DNA of 47,567 nt, from the IMG/VR virus record IMGVR_UViG_3300031949_000065, positions 1 through 47,567 of that record. One strand, given 5' to 3'. This stretch comes from a virus. Lineage: Duplodnaviria > Caudoviricetes. Shown piece after piece: positions 8,803 to 17,425 of the stretch. The position numbers and the translations under genes are program-made. Position 1 is the stretch's first letter, and every line of letters starts with the position of its first letter. The notes beneath the pieces were generated by a model. It was not told where the DNA came from. It made no database searches and saw nothing but the letters and a program-made list of their open reading frames with translations.

Positions 8803-9905
8803 GCCTCCTTTGCCGCGAGCTTCGTCTCGAGCTCCGCGACCTTGCTAGCGAGCGCGCGCACGGCCGCGTGCAGCGTCCCGCAGTAGTCGATCAGGTTGAT
8901 CGTCTTCCCGTCGCCGAGACCCGTCGCGGCCTGCCAGTCCTCGGCCATCGGACCCACGTGCAGGTCTTCCTCGAGACCCTTGTAGCTCCAGCGGTAGACC
9001 GCCACGGCCAGGAGCTTCTCGAGGGCCAGGTCGTTCTTCTCCTCGCCTTCGAGGTTCTTGTAGGTGCGGCTGCACATGGCGACCAGGCTCGCGATCGAGC
9101 CGACGCCCTGCACCGCGGCGCCCACGATGCCCATGATGTCGGTCTCCTTCCCCTTCGTCTTCGTGGTGGTGAAGGACGGTCCCTCCACGAGGAGGTTCTT
9201 GTACCGCTCGGCGCGCATCCAGGGCTCCTCCTGGCCGAACTCGAAGCGGGCCATCGCGTCCTCGAGCACCGACTGGGCGTACTGCCGATCGCCGACGCCG
9301 GCGCCCTGGAGCGCCGAGAGGTCCCGGTAGTCCTCGGCCGCCAGGCCAGGAGCCATCGCGGCCGCCTGGATCTGCCGGCCCCGTTCGGCCTCGTAGGCGC
9401 CGCCGAAGATGCGCGCGCCGAGCTCGTTGAGGTTCTGCGCGAGCTCATCCTGGGAGCGCGCCTCGGCGGCACCGAAGGCGCCCGAGGCCGCCCGGAGGTT
9501 CCCTCCCTGGGGGTCGCGCACCATCGCGCCGCGGCCGGCTCCGCCGAATCGGGTCTCCATGCCGGGGAGGACCGTCCGGTAGTAGCTCCGCGTCACCTCT
9601 TCCGCGGCGGCCCCGTAGGTGGCGCGCAGATAGGGGTTCGTGTCGGGGGAGAGGAATTCCCCCGCGGCCGTCCCGCGGATCGCCTCCTGGCCGGCCTTGA
9701 CGGCGGGGGAGCCCTGGAGACCGCGCGCCTGGAGCCGCTCCGAGGCCAGCGCCTCGGCAGGCTGCCGGGCGGCGACCGTGGACTCCGGGTAGAACGCGAA
9801 GGGGTCCTGGGAGAGCCCGGCCCCGCGGCCGTAAATGTCTAGGAGGCCGGGCTGCTGCGCGCTCCAGGGAACCGTGGAGCTGGTGCCCGTCGTCTTCGTT
9901 CCCAT
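8799..9905 (-). CDS. Ejection / DNA-pilot protein with C-terminal peptidase S74-like chaperone domain
   Basis: Start MGTKTTGTSSTVPWSAQQP after AGGAGG RBS; NPYL motif, Ala/Gly/Gln-rich; C-terminal CSRTYK..YRWSYK..HVGPMAED..coiled coil. Confidence 0.7.
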   Translation of the reverse strand: MGTKTTGTSSTVPWSAQQPGLLDIYGRGAGLSQDPFAFYPESTVAARQPAEALASERLQARGLQGSPAVKAGQEAIRGTAAGEFLSPDTNPYLRATYGAAAEEVTRSYYRTVLPGMETRFGGAGRGAMVRDPQGGNLRAASGAFGAAEARSQDELAQNLNELGARIFGGAYEAERGRQIQAAAMAPGLAAEDYRDLSALQGAGVGDRQYAQSVLEDAMARFEFGQEEPWMRAERYKNLLVEGPSFTTTKTKGKETDIMGIVGAAVQGVGSIASLVAMCSRTYKNLEGEEKNDLALEKLLAVAVYRWSYKGLEEDLHVGPMAEDWQAATGLGDGKTINLIDYCGTLHAAVRALASKVAELETKLAAKEA

Positions 9906-9916
9906 CGTTGCCCCTC

Positions 9917-10372
9917 CTAGGCGTCGAAGAGCTCGCGCTCGAACGTCCGCCAGACCTCTCGGAAGCCGGGAAGCACGCGGCCCCAGCCGCGGCGCCCCTC
10001 GGCCTCGATCGACGCGCACCCCCACGAGCGACCGTAGCGCGCCATCAGCTCCATCGCGGGCTTCGCCAGGTGGAGGCCCGCGCCGCCCGCGAGGAAGACC
10101 CGGAGCACCCTGCGCCCGGTCGGAAAGTTGACAACCTCGCTCGCTGCGGCGGCGCGGATCACCCCGTCCTCGAGCACGACCCAGACCTGGACCCGCTGGT
10201 CGAGGTGGAGCTGGCGCAGCACCGCGAGCGTCATGCGTCCCTGGCTGTAGGCCATCGCGCGCTCGAGCATCGTCTCCACCTCCGCGAGCAGCGGCGGGAG
10301 CGCCAGCGCGACTTCGACCTCAGTTGTGCAGGACGACGCCGAAGGTTCGGTCCGTTGCGGGTGAGCTGTCAT
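9917..10372 (-). CDS. GNAT-like conserved podovirus protein (start uncertain)
   Basis: LRVFLAGG..WGCASIEAEGRRGWGRVL motif; usual position before ejection genes. Confidence 0.6.
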   Translation of the reverse strand: MTAHPQRTEPSASSCTTEVEVALALPPLLAEVETMLERAMAYSQGRMTLAVLRQLHLDQRVQVWVVLEDGVIRAAAASEVVNFPTGRRVLRVFLAGGAGLHLAKPAMELMARYGRSWGCASIEAEGRRGWGRVLPGFREVWRTFERELFDA

Positions 10373-10652
10373 GGTGGAGGGTCGCGCTTCCTTTCGTGGT
10401 CGTGATGTAGAGCCCGGAGACTGCTGCGGCGCTCGAGGTTCGCGGCGAGAGGACGACGACCGTGTGCTGCACGATCTTCTCGCTCTCGAGCGTCGTCTCG
10501 GTCACGCTGGCGTCGAGCGTCACCTCGTCCGTGTTGTTGCACTGGCCGCGCAGGATGCCGTTGATCGCCTGGGAGAGCTTGCGCAGGTGCTCCTGGGGGC
10601 TGCTCCAGCTCTCGGGCACGATCGGGAAATGGTCGGTTCCCAGGTGGCTCAT
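10320..10652 (-). CDS. Small tail protein
   Basis: MSHLGTDHFP..AINGILRGQCNNTDEVTL; ATGA overlap with nozzle stop. Confidence 0.6.
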   Translation of the reverse strand: MSHLGTDHFPIVPESWSSPQEHLRKLSQAINGILRGQCNNTDEVTLDASVTETTLESEKIVQHTVVVLSPRTSSAAAVSGLYITTTKGSATLHHDSSPATDRTFGVVLHN

Positions 10653-12142
10653 CGGCGCCCGGTCGGCCTCCCTTCGATGTCGATGCCGACCGCCTCGGAG
10701 AAGCCGGCGGGGAGCTTCACGCGAACCCGGTGGTAGCGACCGTCGGCGCGGAACGGGCACTTCCCGTCCGGGTCCTGCTCCACCGTCTTCCCGTAGACGG
10801 TCGCGTCGAGCCGGTCCCCCTTGGTGGCGATCTGGACCTTCGCGGCCTTGGTGTCCACGATCGGCCGGACCTGGGAGACGAAAGATCGGCGCCCGGGGTT
10901 GAGCTCGAGATCGCCCGTCTCGAGCGTCCCCTCGAGATTCGACCCGTTGAAGTCGGAGAGGATGTGGGAGGTGTTGAAGGCGCCGATCCGCAGCGCGCCA
11001 GGCACCGCCACGCGGTCGTCGAAGCTGGTCGTGTCGAGCGGCGGATCGTCGAGGGTGTCGTCGGGAAGCGTGTCGAGGGTCACGCCCGGGCTGATGACCG
11101 TCCCGAGAACCTCGTGGGTGATCGAGGCCGTGGTGAACTTGTCGAGGATCCAGTCGTAGATCAGGAGCTTGTTCGGCGTGCCCCCGCTGTGGCCCGCCCC
11201 GGGATACCCCACGTAGATCCGGCTCTGGTCCGGGTCGCGCACCAAGGTCACGCGGTCGATGTACGTCGAGTCCAGGTCCCCGAAAAAGAAGTCGTTGATG
11301 CGGTCCTTCCCGATCGGTCGGCTCTGCACGTAGTCGAAGAGGTAGAATCCGTCCTCCGAGATGTAGAAGACCTGGCGCCCGAAGGGCACGAATCCGCCCG
11401 GGATCAGCAGGCCCTTGTTCGCTTCCACGCGGTTGAACTCGAAGACGAGATCCCCGCCGCGGTAGTCCATCCGCCAGACCTCGTGCTCGAGGAAGACGGC
11501 GCCCACCTCCGCGCCGGACACGATCCCGTGGACCCAGCCGCCATCCCCCTCGAAGACGTGCCGATCGCTCTGCGCCGCCACCGCCAGGTCGGTCCCGAGC
11601 ACCGGCCACGAGAACGGGTTCCCGCGTGCGCTCCAGGAGATCCCGTTCGTGAGCAGCCCGAGCTCCGGGTCGTAGATGTTGCCGAGGACCATGAAGTTTT
11701 CGACCACGGTGGCGTGGCGCGCGCGCGGCGCGTTGGGATGCAGGTCGGAGAAGAGCGTCGAGGTGACGAGATCGAAGACCTGGGGCGGATCCGTGAAGCT
11801 CGTGGCGACGATCGCATCGCTCATGCGCGCGAACTCCCAGCGCGCCATGTCGAAAGCCCCGTAGCCGCCGGCCTTGCTCACGTCCACCGCGCCGAGCTCG
11901 GTCACGCGGTAGAGCTTCGTCTCGTCGCCGCAGAAGATGAGCGCGTTGCCGCCCGAGTCGATCGCGCCGAGCGTGCCGCGGCACCTGGCCGTGAGAGCCG
12001 TGGCGCCGGTGATTGCCGCCAGGCCCCTCATCGGGCCGTAGCCGCCGGCGATGGGCACGACGTTGTTCGCCCTGAGGAGGCCGCCCTGGTTGAGGACCGG
12101 AGGGAGATCCGGGGCGAGCGGGCCGAAGAGGTAGCGAGCCAT
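10649..12142 (-). CDS. Tail nozzle / tubular protein (P22 gp10-like stabilisation protein)
   Basis: 497 aa beta-rich, ISWSA and FYISEDGFY..IGKDRINDFF motifs; follows adaptor. Confidence 0.75.
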   Translation of the reverse strand: MARYLFGPLAPDLPPVLNQGGLLRANNVVPIAGGYGPMRGLAAITGATALTARCRGTLGAIDSGGNALIFCGDETKLYRVTELGAVDVSKAGGYGAFDMARWEFARMSDAIVATSFTDPPQVFDLVTSTLFSDLHPNAPRARHATVVENFMVLGNIYDPELGLLTNGISWSARGNPFSWPVLGTDLAVAAQSDRHVFEGDGGWVHGIVSGAEVGAVFLEHEVWRMDYRGGDLVFEFNRVEANKGLLIPGGFVPFGRQVFYISEDGFYLFDYVQSRPIGKDRINDFFFGDLDSTYIDRVTLVRDPDQSRIYVGYPGAGHSGGTPNKLLIYDWILDKFTTASITHEVLGTVISPGVTLDTLPDDTLDDPPLDTTSFDDRVAVPGALRIGAFNTSHILSDFNGSNLEGTLETGDLELNPGRRSFVSQVRPIVDTKAAKVQIATKGDRLDATVYGKTVEQDPDGKCPFRADGRYHRVRVKLPAGFSEAVGIDIEGRPTGRR

Positions 12143-12145
12143 CGG

Positions 12146-12799
12146 CTACCGGCCGCCGATGTTGTGGCCGTCGTCCGTCTGGAAGTCGGGTCGCATCCGC
12201 AGCGGACCCGCTCCGCTGCGGGCTCGCCATTCGAGCCGCTTGAAGGACTCCTTGGCCGCGGCGTACTTCATGCCCCAGAGGGCCGTCCGCTCGTCCTCTC
12301 CCACGAAGGGAGCGGCATGGAAGAGAGCGCCCCAGAGGTAGCAGTCGGGCGCCATGCGGAGCACCTGATTCGTCGGCACCTCTTTCGAGAGCCCCGGCAG
12401 GCCCGCGTGATAGAAGAGCGTGTAGGGATCGGCGCTCGAGGGCACCGGCGCGAAGACAATCCGGTCCGCCACCTGGGAGCAGGCCACCGGGAACGTCTCC
12501 CCGGTGTGGAGCTGGCGCAGCACGGTGAGCTGGTCGATCGAGACGACCGGCACCACGCGCAGCGGAACCGACTCGATCCGAAGGTGGCGCGGGTAGAGGC
12601 AGTCCTCGGGGAGCCGCACGTAGTCCTGGCCGGGGATCAGCGTCCCGGGGAGCTCCTTCTCCTGCTCGCGGATCTTGAGGTCGCGCGCGAGCTCGACCTC
12701 GATCAGGCGGATGAAGTCGGGGATCCGATCCTCGAGATCGCCGCGCGCCATCCAGTCGGCGATCGACTTCACGAGCTCGGGGTAGGTGTCGAGGGCCAT
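12146..12799 (-). CDS. Head-tail adaptor protein
   Basis: MALDTYPELVKSIADWMARGDL..IPDFI..LPED..PDCYLWGAL pattern and gene order. Confidence 0.75.
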   Translation of the reverse strand: MALDTYPELVKSIADWMARGDLEDRIPDFIRLIEVELARDLKIREQEKELPGTLIPGQDYVRLPEDCLYPRHLRIESVPLRVVPVVSIDQLTVLRQLHTGETFPVACSQVADRIVFAPVPSSADPYTLFYHAGLPGLSKEVPTNQVLRMAPDCYLWGALFHAAPFVGEDERTALWGMKYAAAKESFKRLEWRARSGAGPLRMRPDFQTDDGHNIGGR

Positions 12800-13186
12800 C
12801 TATGCGCTCTTCCACCAGGCCAGCGCCCTGCGGGCGGGGCGCGTGAAGCCCGCACAGAGGAAGCTCCGATAGGGCTTCCGGCTCAGGCGTCCGGGCTGGG
12901 TCCGCAGGTAACGGTATTCCGGCGAGTCGAGCTTCGCCGCGATCGCGGGCCAGTGGTCCCGGTTGAAGATCGAGAGGCCCTCCTCCCGCATCCACTTCTC
13001 GGCGATGACGTTCGGGATCCGCGCGGCCATGTGGAAGTCGCCCTTTACGGGCGGCGTGTTGTAGGCCCGCTTGTTCGCTTCGAGGATCGGCTCCACGTCC
13101 TGGAGAGAGGAGACGGTGAGGATCTCACCGTCCGCGTGGAGCCCGGTGAAGAGACCCGGGAGCTTCGAGGTGGCCCAGCGCAGCAC
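12800..13186 (-). CDS. Conserved podovirus hypothetical protein
   Basis: QDVEPILEANK..ARIP..KLDSPEYRYLRT motif commonly found just upstream of adaptor genes. Confidence 0.65.
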   Translation of the reverse strand: MLRWATSKLPGLFTGLHADGEILTVSSLQDVEPILEANKRAYNTPPVKGDFHMAARIPNVIAEKWMREEGLSIFNRDHWPAIAAKLDSPEYRYLRTQPGRLSRKPYRSFLCAGFTRPARRALAWWKSA

Positions 13187-13195
13187 TGTGCCACC

Positions 13196-13555
13196 TCATT
13201 GGTTCGCGAGCGGGACCACGTGGAGCGAAACGACGGTCACGCCACCCGTGCTGGTCTTGATGTGCGCGATGAAGCCGTGACCCGCTGCGTTCAGAATCAA
13301 CGGCGATCCGTCGCGCGGGAGCTGGATGCCATCGACCGCGGAAACAGTGACACCGGCCACGCCCAGCTTCACGAAGACGTTCTCGTCCGTGAGCCCCACG
13401 ACCAGGTGGAAGCTGACCGCGACCCACTTCGGGTTCACGAGGCCGGTGCCGCTGACCGGCATTGTCGGTAGCGCGACGTTCGCAGTCGTGGCAGCGACGG
13501 TGGCGGAGATGCCATCGCCTCCGACCTGGAGAGCCGGGATGCCGATTTTCGACAT
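13196..13555 (-). CDS. Small virion beta-sandwich protein (decoration-like)
   Basis: MSKIGIPALQVGGDG..., RBS GGAGGG, GC3-rich codons, position in capsid module. Confidence 0.6.
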   Translation of the reverse strand: MSKIGIPALQVGGDGISATVAATTANVALPTMPVSGTGLVNPKWVAVSFHLVVGLTDENVFVKLGVAGVTVSAVDGIQLPRDGSPLILNAAGHGFIAHIKTSTGGVTVVSLHVVPLANQ

Positions 13556-13557
13556 GC

Positions 13558-14631
13558 TCAGCCCTCCCGCCGGAAGGTCGCGACGACCAGAAGCTCGCTC
13601 GCGGTGCCGCCCGCCGAGGACAGCTCGAGGCGGTCGCCCACGTTGAACATGAGGTCCGGCTGCGCCGACGTGGGCTCCCAGAGGGCCTGGAGCTCGGTCG
13701 TCGCGTTGCTCGCCAGCGTGGGCGTCAGGGTCGTGTCCACGCCCGCCCCGGTCGTCCGCCGGAAGGTGAGCGTCTGCGACGTGTGGGTCGTGACGGTGAG
13801 CACCTGGAGCCGGATGAGGCGGCACTTCTCCGGGATCGGGATGTACGAGACCTCGCCGGCGCCCGCGGTGTACTTCCCCTGGAGGTAGAAGTCCCTGCCC
13901 ACGTCCCCGTCCTGGCCCTCTTGCTCGAAGACAGCGACCACCATGCCCTCGGAGCTGCCGGTGCCGCCCGAAGGCACGAGCTCGCAGCGGTCGTTGCGCG
14001 CAAAGAAGTTCTGCGACTGCTCGATGAATGCCTGATCGTTCGTCTCGCCGGCGGCGAGGCGCACGGTAAGGCTGCCAGAGAGCGCGGTCAGGTCCGCGTT
14101 GCGGGCCTGGATGATCGGCGAGCCGGTAGGCGCCGCGAAGGTGACGCAGACAGCACGCTTGAGCCGGCACTTCGCCGGGATCGGCAGGTAGCCCACCGCG
14201 GCGCCGGCGATGTTCGCGAACTGGTGCATGAGGGCGAATTCGGCGAGGCCCTGCATGAACTCGCTGCCCTGGCGGCGGAAGGTCAGCATCACCTCGGCCT
14301 CGTTGACCGAGGTGCCGCCACCGTCGCTCGTGATCTGGAGGCGCCCGACGTTCGCGAGCGTGGGCCGCTTGGTCTGGAACTGGTTGTTCGGCTCGAGGCC
14401 GTTGAGGTTGAGCGTGGAGAGCGCCTCGGCGGCCGCGGACATCACGAGCGTCCCGATCGCGCCACGGTCGCTCGAGAAGGTGAGGGTGTTCGTGCCGGTG
14501 ACGGCGACGCCGTGGTTCAAGAGCTGCGCGCGCAGCAGCACGCAGTCCTCGGGCACGGGGACGTAGACGGTCTCGGGGAGGGAGATGTCGTCGAAGTGGA
14601 CGCTGAGGAAGAAGTCCGCGAGGTCCCTCAT
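13558..14631 (-). CDS. Putative capsid decoration protein with three tandem ~115-aa repeats
   Basis: Repeats VYVPVPEDCVLLR / GYLPIPAKCRLKR / SYIPIPEKCRLIR, each ending in a strand such as LTFRRQG / AVFEQEG / ATFRREG. Confidence 0.65.
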   Translation of the reverse strand: MRDLADFFLSVHFDDISLPETVYVPVPEDCVLLRAQLLNHGVAVTGTNTLTFSSDRGAIGTLVMSAAAEALSTLNLNGLEPNNQFQTKRPTLANVGRLQITSDGGGTSVNEAEVMLTFRRQGSEFMQGLAEFALMHQFANIAGAAVGYLPIPAKCRLKRAVCVTFAAPTGSPIIQARNADLTALSGSLTVRLAAGETNDQAFIEQSQNFFARNDRCELVPSGGTGSSEGMVVAVFEQEGQDGDVGRDFYLQGKYTAGAGEVSYIPIPEKCRLIRLQVLTVTTHTSQTLTFRRTTGAGVDTTLTPTLASNATTELQALWEPTSAQPDLMFNVGDRLELSSAGGTASELLVVATFRREG

Positions 14632-14647
14632 CGACTCTCCAAGCTGC

Positions 14648-14687
14648 GCCCCGGCCCCGCTGCGCTTTCGCGTAGCAAGGCCGGGGC
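14648..14687 (-). other. GAAA-capped 18-bp hairpin after the major capsid gene (attenuator or processing site)
   Basis: GCCCCGGCCTTGCTACGC-GAAA-GCGCAGCGGGGCCGGGGC on minus strand; no U tract. Confidence 0.55.
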
Positions 14688-14724
14688 TCTGCTCGTTTGG
14701 TTCCCCAACCCCCCCAGAAAGGGT

Positions 14725-15681
14725 CTACGTGGTGGTCAGGTCGGCGATGATCCCGCTCGAAGCCTCGTTCCGGGCCTCCATCGTGAACTCGGCCAGGACG
14801 ACCTTCTTGTCGCCGTCGCTGGTCTTCGCCAGGTCGAAGGTCTTGAACGGCCGCAGGAAGCCGATCGCCCAGTAGCGCATGTCCACCACCAGGACCGACC
14901 GCTCCCGCTGGAAGCGGTTCGGGACCACGTGGACCTCTCCGTAGTCGCTCACGTACACGTCGATCGCGGTCACGAGGCGCATGTCCTCGCTGCGATCGAA
15001 CCGCGTGGTGTTGCCCGAGAAGGCCGAGATGTTCTGCTTGTTCCTCGGCCCGGCCATCACCAGGTTCGGGTTCCCGCCGCTCGTGTAGCACTGCTGGAGC
15101 ACGTTCTTGAGCATCGACTCGAGGAGCGCCCGCTGCGCGCCGTCCGTGACGGTCACGGACTCGTTCGGCTGGCCGAGCGTCGAGACCGTGGCCGCGCCGA
15201 TGGCGTCCCGGTTCGTGAGCATCCAGGTCTCGTAGCCCGCGCTCTTGCGCGCCGTGCCGTCCGCGGCGCCGTCCGTCCACACGCTGTTCTGCGTGAGGTT
15301 GAACTCCACGTCCCGCTTGAGCTCCTGCGAGTGCTTCGCGAGCTGGTAGCCGATCTCGTCCGAGCGGCCCGCCTTGCTCACGACCTGCGCGGTGCCCGAG
15401 ATCAGGAACCGCTTCGTGCTGATCTGGGTCGTGTTCTTGAGGCGCCGCGTGGCCGCCACCTCGGTCCAGGTCGTGTACTCGTCGCCTTCCGGCTGCTGGT
15501 TGGCGGCCGGCGCGGCGAGGGTGTCGGTCTGCCATTCGTGGGTGATGGCCTTTGCCGACGCCCGGCCGATGCCGCTCAGGAACGGCGTCTCCGTGGGCGA
15601 GATCATGTAGATCATGTCCGTGAGGTCTTCTCGCAGACCGATCAGGTTGTAGGTCTCGGTCGTACCGGCCAGGTTCGCCAT
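14725..15681 (-). CDS. Major capsid protein (DUF5309 / SU10-like)
   Basis: MANLAGTTETYNLIGLREDLTDMIYMISPTETPF..HEWQTDTL..NTTQI..ELKRDVE..YVSDYG..LAKTSD; TAATG overlap with scaffold stop. Confidence 0.9.
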   Translation of the reverse strand: MANLAGTTETYNLIGLREDLTDMIYMISPTETPFLSGIGRASAKAITHEWQTDTLAAPAANQQPEGDEYTTWTEVAATRRLKNTTQISTKRFLISGTAQVVSKAGRSDEIGYQLAKHSQELKRDVEFNLTQNSVWTDGAADGTARKSAGYETWMLTNRDAIGAATVSTLGQPNESVTVTDGAQRALLESMLKNVLQQCYTSGGNPNLVMAGPRNKQNISAFSGNTTRFDRSEDMRLVTAIDVYVSDYGEVHVVPNRFQRERSVLVVDMRYWAIGFLRPFKTFDLAKTSDGDKKVVLAEFTMEARNEASSGIIADLTTT

Positions 15682-16934
15682 TAGACGAGCTCCTTGAAGA
15701 TTGCGGCCGCGTCCCGGATGTCCCCGGTCTTCCGCAGCCTGGCGGCAAGCAGGTTCCTTCGCTGGGCGTCCTTCGCCACGTTCGAGAGCTCTTCCTTCCT
15801 GGACGCCGACGGGACCGACGGCTTGGGCAGCTTCCGCAGCGGCGTGAGCTTGAGCGCGCCGGTCTTGCGGAGCTTGTGCTGCTTCGCGCCCTCGTGGAGA
15901 GCGAGCCAGACCCGATGGTCGTCGAGGATGGGCAGAACCTTGGGGTCGATCTCTTCGTCCTTGAAGCCGACGCTGTGCAGGAGCTCTCGGATGTCGTCGA
16001 AGAAGCCCTTGCGGAAGTCGTCCTTCGCGAGCTCGGGCACCTTGGTCTGGAGCGCGCGGAGCTCGTCGTTCTGGAACCTGGCGCGCGCCTGGCCGTTTGC
16101 CTGCGCGCCGCGCTGCGCCTCGGTGCCGAAGCCGTCCCAAAGGCGCTGGAACTGCGCCACGCGCTCGTCGCGCCGGCGCCGCTCGATGAGGTACTGCTGC
16201 GGGTCCTCGCGCTCGAGGGTCTTCCAGTCGATCTGGCTCTCTTCGTGCTGGAGGAGAGCCGCGGCGGCGCGCGTGAATTCGTAGGACCGCTGGATCGCGG
16301 CTTCGGCCTCGGTCGTGAGGCGCGTGCGCTCGCCCTCGAGCTCGACGCGCCGGGTCTCGAGCTCCTGGTGGAGCTGCGCGGCAGCGGGCGCCTTGCGGAA
16401 CGCCTCGAGCGCGGCCTGGAGCGGGATCGGCTTCCCGTCCGGCCCATCCACCACGACCCGGGAGAGCAGGTCCGCCTCTTCGACCCCGACCGCCTCGGCG
16501 ACCATCTTGAGCGTCGTGTGGTCGGCCGGAGCAGCGGGCTCCGTCTCGGGCGGCTCCTCGCCCTCCGCGGGCGCCTCGGGAGGCGTTTCGGGCTCGACCG
16601 GAGGCGTCTCGTCGCCCGGCTCTGCGTTTTCCTGGGCCTCGAGAGCGGCGAGCTCCTCGGCCGTCAGCTCTTCGGAGCCAGGCTCCGGCGCCGCGGCGGC
16701 GGGAGCAGCGGACGCCTCCTCTACGGCGGGCTCGAAGAGCTTCGAGAAGACCGCCCCGGCCTCGGCAACGGAGAGCACGCGGGGAGCTTGCGGCTGGAAA
16801 CGTCCACGATCGTCGCGAGCTTGCGTCCCCTTGGGGTCGGCGCTCGGCTGGACATCCTTGGGTGAGGGCTTCGGGGGAGGGGCCGCGTTCGGTCGGCCTG
16901 TCGTCGTCGCGGGCGTGATGCCCGGCGCGCTCAG
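15681..16934 (-). CDS. Capsid scaffolding protein (probable CTG start at 16934; first GTG at 16778)
   Basis: Acidic/Pro-rich N-terminus, coiled coil, IDWKTLEREDPQQY, C-terminal RLRKTGDIRDAAA; directly upstream of MCP. Confidence 0.8.
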   Translation of the reverse strand: MSAPGITPATTTGRPNAAPPPKPSPKDVQPSADPKGTQARDDRGRFQPQAPRVLSVAEAGAVFSKLFEPAVEEASAAPAAAAPEPGSEELTAEELAALEAQENAEPGDETPPVEPETPPEAPAEGEEPPETEPAAPADHTTLKMVAEAVGVEEADLLSRVVVDGPDGKPIPLQAALEAFRKAPAAAQLHQELETRRVELEGERTRLTTEAEAAIQRSYEFTRAAAALLQHEESQIDWKTLEREDPQQYLIERRRRDERVAQFQRLWDGFGTEAQRGAQANGQARARFQNDELRALQTKVPELAKDDFRKGFFDDIRELLHSVGFKDEEIDPKVLPILDDHRVWLALHEGAKQHKLRKTGALKLTPLRKLPKPSVPSASRKEELSNVAKDAQRRNLLAARLRKTGDIRDAAAIFKELV

Positions 16935-17224
16935 GTCGGTTTCTCCCTCTCAGCCTCAAACTTCGCGAGGTCGATGTCTGCGAGCTTCCCCGTTTCCAAG
17001 ATGTGCGTCAAGTGGGCTTTTACTTCGGCCAGAGCGGAGAGCATCAGGTAGAGCTTCTCGCGGGCCTGCGCGTCGCCCAACTTGCTGTTTCGCCAGGCGC
17101 TCGAGCAGGCCGTCTCGAGCTTGGTGAACGCCTCGACCAGGATCGGGTGCTCGAGCAGGCGCCGCGCCTCGCGGCCACGCGCCTGCTCCTGCTGCCGCTT
17201 GGCGAGGAGCTCTTTCTCCTCCAC
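16931..17224 (-). CDS. Conserved helical protein between portal and scaffold
   Basis: ARRLLEHPILVEAF..AW..AREKLY..ETGKLA pattern. Confidence 0.7.
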   Translation of the reverse strand: MEEKELLAKRQQEQARGREARRLLEHPILVEAFTKLETACSSAWRNSKLGDAQAREKLYLMLSALAEVKAHLTHILETGKLADIDLAKFEAEREKPT

Positions 17225-17425
17225 CTACTCGGGGTCGCGCGCGGGATCGGGCGCGCGCGGGGTGCGCGCGGGCGCCGGTCGGAGCCCCTGCGGCTGGCTC
17301 GATGCGGACGACGGTGCGTTGAGCTCCTCTTCGAGCTTGTGCTTCACGTTGGAGGCGACGCGGCCCGGGTCGCGGCCCATCTGCGTCGCGGTGAACCAGT
17401 CGTAGAATTCCCTGAGATTCATCAT
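17225..17425 (-). CDS. Small hypothetical protein
   Basis: ATGA overlap with portal stop, GGAGG RBS, exactly fills gap. Confidence 0.55.
   Translation of the reverse strand: MMNLREFYDWFTATQMGRDPGRVASNVKHKLEEELNAPSSASSQPQGLRPAPARTPRAPDPARDPE

Noticed and set aside
10318-10325. A fifth CTGA start for the GNAT-like gene
   Set aside because: The CTG is out of frame with the downstream ORF
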